Of a stretch of 37,671 nt of DNA, positions 1 through 11,796 are shown piece after piece. Below the pieces are notes generated by a model that saw nothing but the letters and a program-made list of their open reading frames with translations, made no database searches and was not told the DNA's origin. The first letter of the stretch is position 1, and each line of letters opens with the position of its first letter. A program made the position numbers and the translations under genes. Source of the stretch: Cladosporium halotolerans (Eukaryota); NCBI RefSeq assembly GCF_011745625.1, contig NW_027191522.1, forward strand, positions 1-37,671, written 5' to 3'.

Positions 1-86
1 TCATTCCCAGACATCCATGTTCATATCATGTCGGAATGATGAACATGACATGACGTAATGAACATAATGAACATAATGGACTGTCG
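1..86. repeat. Micro-repeat/inverted-repeat-rich segment at the window edge (possible transposon or MITE terminus)
   Basis: Inverted pair CATGTTCAT (16-24)/ATGAACATG (39-47) and tandem TAATGAACA x2.5 (56-78). It is AT-richer than its surroundings. The transposon interpretation is inference. Confidence 0.45.
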
Positions 87-1615
87 GTGTACTCTCTGAA
101 GGGAAGCAGCTCAAACGCATCGATCAGAGTAGATACCCTTCAAATGCAATCCCATACAATACCATCACCGAGTTTCAATATCCCTCCCTACACTCTCCAT
201 AGTCTTATGCTCATCGTAAACCCCGTCTTGCGTAATCCCTGTCCTGTCCGCGCTCGATCGAGTACATCCCAATCCCATAGCAAAGCTGCACTCAAGGCGC
301 CACCAAGATGCACAAAGCGCTCCGATCCCCTTACAACCCCTCTCAATCCAAGCCCAAACACCTCCTCAATCAAAACCACCTCTCAAATCCACCCCAAATT
401 CCCGTGCTGCAGCGCAGTTCCCCTCCCAACTCCACCCCTCAACCCAGCAAAAGCACGCGTGAAGTCCGGCTTCGCGAGGCGGAGTCTTGGCGGCCACCAA
501 CCACCCAACACCTACGCGCAGCGTAGCACAGCACTTATCACATAATACAAGCCTACGGGCGGCACCTAGTTCTCACACAGCAAATGCGGCCACAGCGCAA
601 TGTGAAATTGCGCATTCGCGAAATCACAAGTCCCGAGCAGGCTGCCTGCTCTGGTCCTCCTGACCTCCAATACCGCTTACGGTAAGTACATGGACAGGAA
701 GCCACCGAAGGCCACAGCGAGAGCGAATGTGAACCAGCGCAGCGCATGCCCAGCCTGTGGCCGCGGAAAAGAACGATGTGCTCAGTAAGAAAGACATTGA
801 TGTTGTTGGAAGTGGTATATAGATAGACACTAGAGTACGTTAAAAAGGTAGATAAGATAAGTCAGAAATAAATTCGTCTTTCAATAAGTCCCCTTTCCTT
901 GCTTTCCTTTCCCACTCAATCCAATCCAATCCAAGCTGTCCATTTCAATCCAAAGGCTCCAAAAAAGCACCAAACTTCCATTCACTCTCTCGCAAGAAGA
1001 GAGGCTCGTAATACATCCAAAGCTGAGCCAGAAGGTGACAGAAAGCAGAAACTGTAGCGCAGCCTTGCAGAAAAAGGGGGAGGAAAATCCAAAAAGTAAG
1101 GCGGGCATGACGTGTGGTGAGTAGTAAGTCGTGCATGCATGCGGGTAAATGAATAAGGCGTCCCTGTCTGAACAAAAAATCAAGGAGAGGCCGAAGAGGT
1201 AAGTAGGCAAAGCTTGTGGCGGAGCCGAATCATCCAACGAGCGTGGCTCGCGCCGGCGGGATGTTGTCGAAAGAGATGCTTGAAGGAGTAGGTGAGGCTT
1301 CTAAGCGCAGCGGAGTCGGGAGTATCCAAAGAGCGCGCCTCCCTAGGGGGCTGGATGTTGTCGGAGTAGATGTTCAAATTGTAAGGCGAAGAGAAGGGAT
1401 CTCGCTTCGCGAGAGGAGCTCTTGCTTCTGCCCATATGATGGACAAATCGCCGATCGATGGGCGTGGCGACGGACGCTCCTGAGCGCCGGGATACAAAAC
1501 CCCTCCAAGGTCGAGAAGTCCCGGGTGCAGGCTCAGCCGAAGTGACACAGATGCAACGTTAGATAGCGCGAACATTGCGTCCCCCCTTCTCACACGCAGC
1601 TCAGAGCGTCATCGC

Positions 1616-4033
1616 TCACCGATAAGGATCATACTCCCCGACTCCCTCCCCCTCCCCACCCCTCAACTCCCCCACCGGCGACCCCTCCACACTCGTCCCC
1701 TTCCCCCACCCAAACCAGCCGTTCGCCTTCTTCTGCCCTGCCCCAGCCCCTCCGCCAATACTCAACGGCTGCACGGGCGGCGACTCGCCTTCCGCCCCAT
1801 CGCGCGGCGACGGGTACGCCGGATCCGGGCTGTAGATGGAATCCAGATCCGCGCTCGCGTCCTGCAGCTCGGCGGCGCTGCTGGGCCGCACGCCGACGGC
1901 CTTGACGAGCTCGACGACGGCTGCGGTGAGATTGCTCGCGGCAGCGTCGAGGAGGGCGACGGGCGAGAGGCCCTCGGCGGCGGCGTGCTGCTTGGTCGCG
2001 GTGATGAGGCTGTTGGCCGTGCCGGTGACGCGGGCCTTGAGCTTCGCGACGCTGGGGGCGGGGGCGGGGGCGCTCGAGGGCGAGGGCGAGGGCGTCGGGT
2101 AGCCGTCTGTGCCGATTGCGGCGGAGATGGCGGAGACGGCGAGGACGAGCTGTTTGGTGGATTCGAGGAGGGGGTCGTGGGAGGAGGCGGGGGCGCGGGC
2201 GGATTTGAGGAGCTCGTCGACGGAGAGCTGGAAGCGGGTGATGTGGATGTCAGAGACGAGGCCGTCTTGGGAGAGGAAGGAGGAGGTGCCGTTGGTGCGG
2301 GAGAGGGTGCCCATGTCGACGGAGGTGAGGCCAAGGCCGAGGGTGGAGGCGCGGAGGGCTTTGTTTTGGGCTTTCGCTTTGGCGTAGCGGTCGCGCCAGA
2401 TGTCGATTTCGCGGGTGAGCTTGGTCACTTGCGCGGAGAGCTTGTCTTCTTGCTCGATGGCGGAGTCGGTCTGGCGGCTGAGATCGCGCATCTCGTGGAG
2501 GTAGAGGGTGGCTTCTTCGCGGACTTCGTTGGTGAGCTTTTCTTGCGTCGCGAGCTGCTCTTCGAGGGCTTGGATCCGGCGGTCGGACTCCTCGCTGCCC
2601 ATAGAGCCTCGGTTGTGTGATTCCTCGCGCAGTTGGCGTAGTTCAGCCTGGTGGTTCTGCATCTGCGCCTGCATATCCTCGTTCTGAGCGTGGAGGTTCT
2701 CGTTCTCCGTACGCATGTTGTCAAGCCGCGTTCGGATGTCCGCCAGGTCTTGGTCGTGCTCGGCCTGAGCTTGCTGGTTCTCCTCCTTTTCGCGCCTGAG
2801 CGTGTCGATCTCCTCCTGCATGCTCTCCCGCAGAAGCTCTGCATCCCGAGCCTTCTGTTCAATCTCATTGCGCAGCGCCTCCCATTGGCTGCGCTCTCCA
2901 ACGACTGTGACTTGCTCACTGAGCTCTTCGCGAAGCCGTGAGAGCTCGGCTGCTTGCGTCTTGATCGTCTGACGGTTCTGTTCGCTCGACGTGACCGAAC
3001 CCGGAGCCTGGCTGAAGCGTGTGCTGCCTGCTTCTTCTTCCTCGTCATCGTCGTCCTCCACCATGGTGCTTTTGTTGGGCACGATGGTGTTACTCTGGAA
3101 AGTCTTCGGCAGCGGCCTGCCAAGAGAATTTGACTCGCTGATCTCACTAGGCGCACGAGGAGGTCCAGATGGTCGTCGCGGGCCAGGGCCGTTGGGTCCG
3201 AATCCAGGGCTCATGGGCGGTCTGTCACCCATTGGGGGCGGGCCGCGGTAGCTGGGCATAGGTGGAGCTCGCATGCCTGGCTGGCTGGGTCTGCGGCCGC
3301 CAACACTGCTAGCGGAACTGGGAGGACGGCTCGATTCACCGGTAGCGAAGCGAGGGACACGCCTCTCGAGCTCGTAGAAGACATCCGTGGCCAGCTGCCT
3401 GAAGCGATCGAGCGGGAGGGTGGAGAGCTTCTGGCGGGCCTGGTTGCGCTTGGGGTGGAAAGTGGTCTTGGGGAGCAGGAAGCGCGGGACGTCTTTCACG
3501 CGCTGCAGGCGCTCGTCCTCCCTGCGCATAAGCTCGTCGAAGACGTCCGTACTGAGCTCCATGAATTGCGTCACACTAAGACGCAACAGCTTGTCCCTAG
3601 CCCTGTTCGGCCTGATGTTTCCCTTCTCGTCGCGCAAGCTGGACGCCAGGTATTGGCGCAGCATCACATAGTGCCTGTTCAGCGAGGCCTCATGCTCCGG
3701 CCTGAACATCGGGCGACCTGTGTGTGGAGGCGCCCGCCCATCGCTGCGGCCGCCCAGGGAGCTGGCGGAGCTGGGCGGGCGCTGTCCGCTCACGCTGCTG
3801 TTGGCGGAGGGTCTCGACATGTCGGTCGAACCGCTGGGGTGCTGTGAACCAGGAGGCGAAGCGGGCCCGGATGTAGGAGGTCGCGACCCAGGGAAGGGCC
3901 CGGCGTTGTATGGGGGCTCATTGGGTGTGCCAGCAGGCGGGCTCGCGCCGTCTGGATTGCCGTATCGTGAAACAAAGCCTGACTCGGTGCTGTTCATGGA
4001 CAGCGGCGATATGGGACCATTGGTGCGGTTCAT
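1616..4033 (-). CDS. SPA2: Polarisome scaffold Spa2/SpaA (GIT/Spa2 homology domains plus coiled coil), ~805 aa, no intron needed
   Basis: Two SHD/GIT repeats (RARDKLLRLSVTQFMELSTDVFDELMRR; RNQARQKLSTLPLDRFRQLATDVFYELERR), a long coiled coil and the conserved C-terminal block ATKQHAAAEGLSPVALLDAAASNL. The first in-frame ATG is at 4033; the track's 4060 start is a TTG. Confidence 0.92.
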   Translation of the reverse strand: MNRTNGPISPLSMNSTESGFVSRYGNPDGASPPAGTPNEPPYNAGPFPGSRPPTSGPASPPGSQHPSGSTDMSRPSANSSVSGQRPPSSASSLGGRSDGRAPPHTGRPMFRPEHEASLNRHYVMLRQYLASSLRDEKGNIRPNRARDKLLRLSVTQFMELSTDVFDELMRREDERLQRVKDVPRFLLPKTTFHPKRNQARQKLSTLPLDRFRQLATDVFYELERRVPRFATGESSRPPSSASSVGGRRPSQPGMRAPPMPSYRGPPPMGDRPPMSPGFGPNGPGPRRPSGPPRAPSEISESNSLGRPLPKTFQSNTIVPNKSTMVEDDDDEEEEAGSTRFSQAPGSVTSSEQNRQTIKTQAAELSRLREELSEQVTVVGERSQWEALRNEIEQKARDAELLRESMQEEIDTLRREKEENQQAQAEHDQDLADIRTRLDNMRTENENLHAQNEDMQAQMQNHQAELRQLREESHNRGSMGSEESDRRIQALEEQLATQEKLTNEVREEATLYLHEMRDLSRQTDSAIEQEDKLSAQVTKLTREIDIWRDRYAKAKAQNKALRASTLGLGLTSVDMGTLSRTNGTSSFLSQDGLVSDIHITRFQLSVDELLKSARAPASSHDPLLESTKQLVLAVSAISAAIGTDGYPTPSPSPSSAPAPAPSVAKLKARVTGTANSLITATKQHAAAEGLSPVALLDAAASNLTAAVVELVKAVGVRPSSAAELQDASADLDSIYSPDPAYPSPRDGAEGESPPVQPLSIGGGAGAGQKKANGWFGWGKGTSVEGSPVGELRGGEGEGVGEYDPYR

Positions 4034-5619
4034 GGTCGGGGAGGGCGGTGCCAGTCGCAAACGGAGGAGGGATCAGGCGCGAATGTTCATGCGGCTGCGG
4101 CGCGCAGGGCTGTGTCGTCGAGTCGAGACGGGCGGCGGCGGTAGGCAAAGCCAAGGGGTGGTGGTGGTGGGCGTCGGACGGGTTTTGTCTCGGAGCGCGG
4201 TCCAAGCATGCGCTGCCGGCGAGCGCAAAAGTGCTGAAAGCAGCTGCAGCGTATCACCAGGCTCCTGGGAGTGTTTGGCGCAGGCAGGAGCAGCGAGTGT
4301 GGTGGTGCTTGGAGGAAGGGACCGCGTTGTTTGCGCGGGAGGTGACCAAGGGACGGGGTCTGGCAATTATTGCTGGGCTCCACCAGGTATGTGGGGATGC
4401 GTGGATGCGTGGAGGGTGTGGCAGAAGATTACAGAAGGTGGTAGCGAGAGGATGGCGCGCACGAGGATAGCGACAGTAGTGGTGGAAAGAAGAGAAGCGA
4501 GCAATAGGCGAGATGATTATGGGAGAGCAGCACAGCAGCACAGCAACAGCAGAGCAGGCGCAGATTGGATGGGCTGGGCTGGACTGGCTGGACGGTGGAC
4601 TGTGGGTGGTGGAGGATCGGGGCACCCCTGGACGACGCAGGCACACAGCAGGCGCATGCTCAGGCACACAGATGGGCAGACCTGAGTACCTGAGGAGGCC
4701 ACTACTACAGCTGAGAGCTCTGCCGCCAGTCTCCCGTCCGTCTAGTGCGTCTTCGTGCCTGCAGAAGCCTCCGGCGCCCTTCGCCAGCCCTTCCGGCGCT
4801 GCGGACAGTGCGCACTAAACGCGCAACAAGAGGACGCTATACCCGCCGCGCACGCGTCGTCCACCTACCCGGCCACGCGCAGAAGAAGAATCAGTGGCCC
4901 GCCGCTCGCACCGCTCAGGGGCCATCGAGCCCAGCAGCCTTCACTTCCACCCGGCGATGCTGTCTGGTACCTGCCAAGCAGCCGCTAACCAACAACTAAA
5001 CCTCGCGACGGCGCGTGGGAGATGGCCGGAGATTAATCGACGGCGCGCCTTTAGCTTCTGCCAGCCTGCGCCCCCGTGATTGGCGCCGCCTGCAGCCCGT
5101 CGTGCCGTCGCTGGCCTCGCATGAAGAGGGCAGACACGCCAGGCGAAGGAAGCTTGCAGACGACCGAGGCGCTTTTAGCCTGCCTGTCTGTGCTACGACT
5201 CCCTCACGTCTTCGGCCTATACCGGCCAGTGCTTATATCAAGCCGACGGCCTGTGTCTCTGCATCTCCCGTCGTCGCAGGCCAACTGCCATGCATCTATA
5301 TCAGAGGCGCCGTAAGACGGTCATGTGCATCTTACGCAGCCAGCCGGCTTCACGTGCTCTGCTCCGTAGACCACACCGCTTGCCGTCGACGACACCGCTT
5401 ACGGGGAGCAGAGATCCTAGTTAGGTCCAGAAAAACGTGTCTCCAACGATAACATCATCTTCACTCCGCTCTCTCCACACAGCATTCCTGCCCACCGTTT
5501 CCTTTGTTCTCTTCTCCGCAAACACCGCAAGCCTAGCAATCAACACCGTCGCCACCTCGCCATCCGAGCACCAACCGACCAACCAACCCCCAACACCAAC
5601 AAAATAAAATAAAATAAAA

Positions 5620-6407
5620 ATGTACACAACCTCAACAACGACTCACCTCCCCTCCCCCACCCGCCCAATCCAACCCGAACAACAACAATCCCAATCCCTC
5701 TCCACGCACTGGTGGAACACCAACCTCCCCCCTCCCACCGCACCCCCACCTGCCCCTCCTACCTCCTCTACGCCCTGCACCAGCCCAAAGAGCTCGCGAA
5801 CCTCAGCACGCCCGACGCCCTTTTCGTCCGGCAATCCTGGCCCGAAGTGCGCGCCAACGTAGCCGCCAACCGCCTCGACAAATTCGTGCGCGTGCCCAGC
5901 GAGCTGCGAGAGTACAGGCGGGAGACGGAGCGGCTGGAGAAGGAGTGGGGGAGCGTGATGCGGTTCGTCGTGGAGGCGAGGCTGGGGTGGGGGGAGGAGG
6001 ATTTCCGGCGAGGGGGGGAGGGGCGGTTCGGGGGCAAAGGTGTGTATTTCTTTCTCATCCGTCCTACCTTGATGTCTTTTTTGTTCGCTTTCCGCTGATG
6101 TGGATAAAAAGACTCCTACACGATCCTCCCCAACGACTACCCCTACGGCATCGACCCGCGCATCAGGCACTTGGTCGTCTGGACGAAATTCGCCTTCCCC
6201 TCGGATCCCGTCACCGACGACCTGCTGCCTTCTGCGAGGCGGGAGATCGAGGACTTCGTGCGGGAGAGGTTCACGAGCGTCTGGGGCGAGGAGAATGTGG
6301 TTTGGTTTCGGAATTGGGGCGCGCTGAAGAGCGTGAGGGCCGTGGAGCATTTTCATGTTATGGTTTTTGGGATGGGGGGAGGGGAGGTAAGGGAGTTGAC
6401 GGGGTAG
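5620..6407 (+). CDS. DUF3605 / GIG1-like (HIT-like) protein, ~238 aa after correcting a 1-nt frameshift
   Basis: Exons 5620-6039 and 6112-6407; intron 6040-6111 (GTGTGT...CTGAT...AAG). Family motifs: ILPNDYPYGIDPRIRHLVVWTK, WFRNWGALKSVRAVEHFHV and NRLDKFVRVPSELREY. The ATG frame (…HWWNTNLP) joins the conserved frame (PSHRTPTCPSYL) only if one C is added to the C6 run at 5727-5732. Confidence 0.82.
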
Positions 6408-6847
6408 AAAGGGTGGGAGGATAGGTGCATGGTTGGGATTTTGCTTTTGATGTTTGGTGTTCGGTATCAGGTGCTGGACTTTTTGGGCGGTGCGCATGCA
6501 TGGGTGGTGATTATACATGGTTGGATTCGGATTCGTTTCTGGGAGGCGTGGAGATGGAATGGGGCCTTGTGCGGTGTTCACGGCGCTTGTTTTGAGTAGG
6601 TTGATAATCACCCGAGAATACCAAAAACGGTATGCGAGCACTCGCTCGTGCATCTAATCATAAATGTGGGCGGTTGATGGTGCTGGTCGTCTCGCGAAAT
6701 ACTACGTGCAACTTCCAACGTTCAGCCAGCAGCTTGAATCTCGTCCATTTCCACGAACACGAGTTGGAGACCACCCACATCACGCAGTATGCCATCGCAA
6801 ATACGTGACAATTATCAAAGACACCCAAACAATCATCCGTATGATTT

Positions 6848-7234
6848 ATGACCACGCCCAAGCAATACCACACGACCATCACCAGCAATGGCGTCTGCAT
6901 GAACAACCCCAACCCTAACCCTACGTACCCTAAGCTTCCAGCCCGCCTGCGCCTCGCAAGCCGACGCAAGGCACACGCGCGCACCCCACGCCGCAGCATA
7001 CGCCAAAACGGGCACTGGCTTCGCTGCCGCGCAAAAATCGTACGAGACGGCACGTATGATGGCAGCCGAAAGCTTATACGCCTCGTCACCCACCCAACTC
7101 AGGTACGTACACCTGCGCCGTTCGGGGGATATTACGCTGTGTGGGTGATGATTGGAAGATCGGAGGATAGAGCAGGCATGCAGCTGCTGTTAATGGTGCA
7201 GGGAGGGAGAGTGTGGCGAGCCATGGCAGGGTAG
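6848..7234 (+). CDS. Candidate small basic hypothetical protein (~95 aa if the in-frame intron is spliced)
   Basis: Open frame with a plausible in-frame intron at 7103-7201 (CAG|GTACGT...TTAAT...GCAG). It shows the C-rich-to-G-rich gradient seen in the real genes here. No recognisable domain, and the start context is weak. Confidence 0.3.
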   Translation: MTTPKQYHTTITSNGVCMNNPNPNPTYPKLPARLRLASRRKAHARTPRRSIRQNGHWLRCRAKIVRDGTYDGSRKLIRLVTHPTQVRTPAPFGGYYAVWVMIGRSEDRAGMQLLLMVQGGRVWRAMAG

Positions 7235-8263
7235 ATGGGAGAAAGATGTCGTGCGACGCTCGCGATGCTGCGGTACGCTGTGCCTTGTATCGCCAGTGGC
7301 GTGGTTTTTGCTGGCGTCATGATTTGGGCGGTGCTGTGTGCTGCCTGTCCGTCTATATGTCATATGCCATGCACATCGCCTGTCAGACCGTACGATTCAA
7401 GCATTCGCCCTCGTCGTATCATCCTATTCAACACCTATCATTACACCTTACTCTCTCCAAGTGTTTCTTCATCCTCCCCAACGTCGGCCTCGCCAGGCTT
7501 CAAGCCGCAGTGGAGCACCCAATCTCTGACAGGGCTTCCTCCGTGGGACCGTTGTCCCCGCCCACCCAATCACCACCCCCCACCGGCCTGAGCCTGGCAG
7601 CGATCTCGTCCAGGGCCTGCCGTGCGTTGCATAACGCGTGCATGTAGTGCATACCAGCCCGCCGAGCTAATAGCTGCCAGCAAGTTTTTTGGACGCCCAG
7701 TGTTAGCGTTGGCAGTACCGCAATCAACCACCTCCTGCCGCTACACCGCTCCCGTCTAGATCCTCACCACACCTGGGAGCCGGGTCTCTACCACCACTCG
7801 TCTGTACATACTCCCAATCGTTGCCTCGGACAAGCTTTTGCCCGCCGGCTCTTCATCTCGCCTCTTTCGTCCCTAGCCCCGTCCTTCCTCCCTTTGACCG
7901 TTGCCCGACGCTCCTTTCCAGGGCCCGCGCAGCCCAGCCCCTCGCACAGACAACTTTTTGGACTGTCTTCGTCGGCACGGCTCGTTGCTGCAGACATTGG
8001 CAGGCGACCACAGGCAAAGAGCACGGGAGAGCATATCCAGACGACTCTCGAGGCCGCGCGCGCGACATGAAGGCGGCGCATTGAGAGCAAACCACCCAGC
8101 CATACCCCACCGCACCGAACAATACTAAGCCCTCCCCCCCCGAGCCGCCCTCGCGCGACACCCGCACAAGGGCACCCACGCCGCACCGCTCTGCACCGCC
8201 ACCTCGTGTGACCAGCTCGTGCATCCTCGCCGGATCACAGAGCAAGCACCGGAGAGCTTCAAC

Positions 8264-11200
8264 ATGCTCGACTCCCTCATCCCCACGCGCTGGCGGCGCA
8301 ACTACGACCCCACCAACCCCGACAAGCCGGGCTTCTACAACCGCCAGATCACCCCGTACCTGCAGTCCGTCTCCCACAAGGCCTGCACCCACCCGGTCTA
8401 CACCCTCTCCTTCTTCGCCATCCTCGCCAGCACCACCTACATCAGCCTCCTCGAGACTGGCTTCTTCCAGCCCGCAGCGGTCGGCGGCGTCGGCAAGGTA
8501 GACTTTGGCGCTCTGAGCGCTGGAAGCAGGAGGTTGCAATTGGGCGAGCAGACTGGCTGGAAATGGCAGGTGGAAGAGAGCGGCGCTCAGCCTCACATCG
8601 CTGAGCAGGTTCGCGAGGACATTGCGCTCGTGACGCTGGCCTTCCCGGACGCCGGCGCAAACGTATCCCCCGATGCCCTCCTCCAGTCGATTTCCATCCC
8701 CAAGGACGGCTCGATCGAGGTCGTGCCTTCTTCGGAGAACATACTCTCGCCCATCTCTTCCGATGCTACCCTCGCCCTCTCCATGCCTTTCAGCGAGACG
8801 GCTCAGTTCCTGGACAGCGTGAAGGAGATCCCTGCGGTCGTTCAGGTATCCGCTCAGGAAGATGGCAGCGACGACGAGCCCGAGAAGAAGATGTGGCTTA
8901 TGAAGTCCTCCAAGGCCCCCGGCAGCTCTAGCAGTCTCGTCGAGTGGGCTCAGAACTCGTGGACCGCCTTCATCGACCTCGTCAAGAACGCCGAGACCCT
9001 CGACATTATCATCATGTCCCTCGGCTACATCTCCATGTACCTGACTTTCATTTCGCTCTTCACGAGCATGCGCAAACTGGGCTCGAACTTCTGGCTTGCC
9101 ACGAGCGTTCTTTTCTCCTCCGCCATGGCTTTCCTCTTCGGCTTGATGGTCACCATGAAGATGGGTGTGCCAGTCAACGTCGTGCTTCTTTCCGAGGGTC
9201 TTCCTTTCTTGGTTGTCACTGTCGGATTTGAGAAGCCCATCATCCTCACCCAGGCTGTGCTCTCTGCTGCCATCCAGGGCAGGCGTCCGTCTCCTCCTGG
9301 CAGCCCTGGCCCGAACAGCGGCGAGGCTCCGCTCACCATCCAGAACGCCGTCCAGTCTGCCGTTCACGAGCGTGGCTTCGAGATCGTCCGCGACTACGCT
9401 GTTGAGATCGCCATTCTGTGCGTTGGCGCCGCTTCCGGCATCCAGGGCGGTCTGCGCCAGTTCTGCTTCCTCGCCGCCTGGACCCTGTTCTTCGACTGCA
9501 TCATGCTCTTCACCTTCTACACCGCCATCCTCACCATCAAGCTTGAGATCACCAGGATCAAGCGCCACGTCGCCACCCGCAAGGCTCTCGAGGAGGACGG
9601 CGTCAGCAGGCGCGTCGCCGAGAACGTCGCCAACAGCAACGACTGGCCCAGGGACGACGTCATCAGCAGCGACCTCAGCATCTTCGGCCGCAAGGCTAGG
9701 GACAGCAGCATTCCTCGTTTCAAGGTCTTGATGGTCACGGGTTTCCTCCTGATCAACGTGCTCAACCTCTGCACCATGCCTTTCCGCGGCGCGTACCACT
9801 CGTCGTCTGCTACCGCCGGCATTTCGAACGTCATGAGCCAGCTTCCCATGGATCCGTTCAAGGTCGCCGGTAGCGCTCTCGATCACCTGTCTGCGCAGGC
9901 CAAGGCCAGCGACAAGCCTCTCTCCGTCACCGTCTTCAACCCTGTCAAGTACGAGCTCCAGTACCCGTCCGTGCACTACTCGCCTGCTGAGAAGTCCGAC
10001 TGGTCCATGTTCGAGGTCGATTACTCCGATGGCGTCTTCTCCGTCGTCGGCGGCAGAGTCGTCGAGAGCATCCTCAAGAGCTTCGAAGACCCCGTGCTTA
10101 GCAAGTGGATCATCATCGCTCTTGTCATGAGCTTGGTCCTGAACGGCTACCTTTTCAACGCTGCCAGGTGGAGCATCAGGGGCACCGAGACCGACAACAG
10201 CGCTGCACCCACCCCGGCCCTCAAGCCCGCCGCCAACGGCCACGCTGTCGCGCCCATTGTCAAGAACCCCGAAGATAGAGTCTTCAAGGAGCTCAGCCCG
10301 CTCGACGAGGCGCCCAACGGCTCTGTCAACCGCAGCAAGGAGGAGTGCGAGGCGATCGTCAAGGAGGGCAAGGCCGCTCAGCTCACCGACAACGAGCTCA
10401 CCGACCTTGCTCTTCGCGGCAAGATTCCCGGCTACGCTCTCGAGAAGACCCTTGGCGACAAGGTCCGTGCTGTCAAGATCCGTCGTTCGCTCATCGCTCG
10501 CACTCCTGCTACCAAGGAGCTCACTGCCAAGCTTGAGAACTCTCTCCTGCCGTACAAATACATGGACTATGACCGCGTCTACGGTGCCTGCTGCGAGAAC
10601 GTCATCGGATACACCCCTCTGCCTATCGGTGTTGCTGGTCCCCTGACCATCGACGGCCGCAGCTACTTCCTGCCCATGACCACCACTGAGGGTGTCCTTG
10701 TCGCCAGTGTCAGCCGTGGCTGCAAGGCCATCAACGCCGGCGGCGGAGCCGTCACTGTCCTCACTGGCGACGGCATGACTCGTGGTCCCTGCGTTGGTTT
10801 CCAGACCCTCTCCCGCGCCGCCGCCGCCAAGATTTGGCTCGACAGCGCTGCCGGTCAGAAGGTCATGAAGGACGCCTTCAACTCTACCTCCCGCTTCGCC
10901 CGCCTGCAAGAAATCAAGAGCACCATCGCCGGCACCTACGTCTACATCCGCTTCAAGACCACGACCGGCGACGCCATGGGCATGAACATGATCTCCAAGG
11001 GCGTCGAGCACGCGCTGAGCGTCATGTCGAACGAGTCCGGCTTCGAGGACATGGCCATCATCACCGTGTCCGGCAACTACTGCACGGACAAGAAGCCGGC
11101 CGCGATCAACTGGATCGACGGCCGCGGCAAGAGCGTCGTCGCCGAGGCCATCATCCCCGCCGACGTCGTGCGCTCCGTCCTCAAGAGCGACGTCGACGCC

Positions 11201-11796
11201 CTCGTCGAGCTCAACACCTCCAAGAACCTCATCGGCTCCGCCATGGCCGGCTCCATCGGCGGCTTCAACGCCCACGCTGCCAACATCGTCACCGCCGTCT
11301 ACCTCGCCACCGGCCAGGACCCCGCCCAGAACGTCGAGAGCTCCAACTGCATCACCGTCATGAGAAAGTAAGTCTCCTTGCCTTCCCTTTCGCCCCACCC
11401 CCAACCAAAAACCTTCCCCCAAATACTAACCCCCCTCACAGCCTCAACGGCAACCTCCAAATCTCCGTCTCCATGCCTAGCATCGAAGTCGGCACCATCG
11501 GCGGCGGCACCATCCTCGAGCCCCAGGCCGCCATGCTCGACCTCCTCGGCGTCCGCGGCGCCCACCCCACCAACCCCGGCGCCAACGCCCAGCAGCTCGC
11601 CCGCATCGTCGCGGCCGGCGTCCTGGCGGGCGAATTGTCGCTTTGCTCTGCGCTCGCCGCGGGACATCTCGTGAAGGCGCACATGGCGCATAATAGGAGC
11701 GCGGCGCCGAGCGCGGCGCCGAGTAGAGCTCAGAGTCCGGGGCCGGGGCCGGCGGGGCCGGCGGGGAGGGGGCTGGGAATGACGCCGAGGAAGTAA
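8264..11796 (+). CDS. HMG1: 3-hydroxy-3-methylglutaryl-CoA reductase (class I, with sterol-sensing domain), 1152 aa
   Basis: Exons 8264-11367 and 11442-11796; intron 11368-11441 (GTAAGT, TACTAAC at 11424-11430, CAG). HPIH-like N-terminus (HPVYT), sterol-sensing TM region ([17 protein letters not shown]) and catalytic motifs CENVIG, TTEGVL, DAMGMN, GQDPAQN and GHLVKAHM. Confidence 0.98.

Noticed and set aside
150..830. Possible minus-strand membrane-protein gene (TATA-like element, ATG, hydrophobic stretches, GTAAGC donor)
   Set aside because: The hydrophobic segments lie in different frames and I could not build a consistent spliced ORF. At best it is a decayed pseudogene.
6911..6923. AACCCTAACCCTA telomere-like tract (possible telomerase RNA template)
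   Set aside because: Only about two units, in a C/A-rich ORF context (NPNPNP). I found no correctly ordered U-rich/A-rich pseudoknot or P6.1 element nearby. A covariance-model search would settle it.
7038..7047. ATCGTACGAG resembling a fungal SREBP site upstream of HMG1
   Set aside because: It is an imperfect short match about 1.2 kb upstream, inside another candidate ORF, and is not distinguishable from chance.
7853..11422. 1189-aa antisense ORF opposite HMG1, and similar long antisense or alternate-frame ORFs over SPA2, FCY2, the peptidase, the esterase and PRODH (e.g. 32337-34265)
   Set aside because: These are shadows of GC-rich, C-ending codon bias. The translations are G/A/V/D/R-rich with no motifs.
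8264..11796. HMG-CoA reductase as a statin-cluster self-resistance gene or terpene cluster marker
   Set aside because: There is no PKS, terpene synthase, P450 or cluster transcription factor in the window. The neighbours are housekeeping genes.
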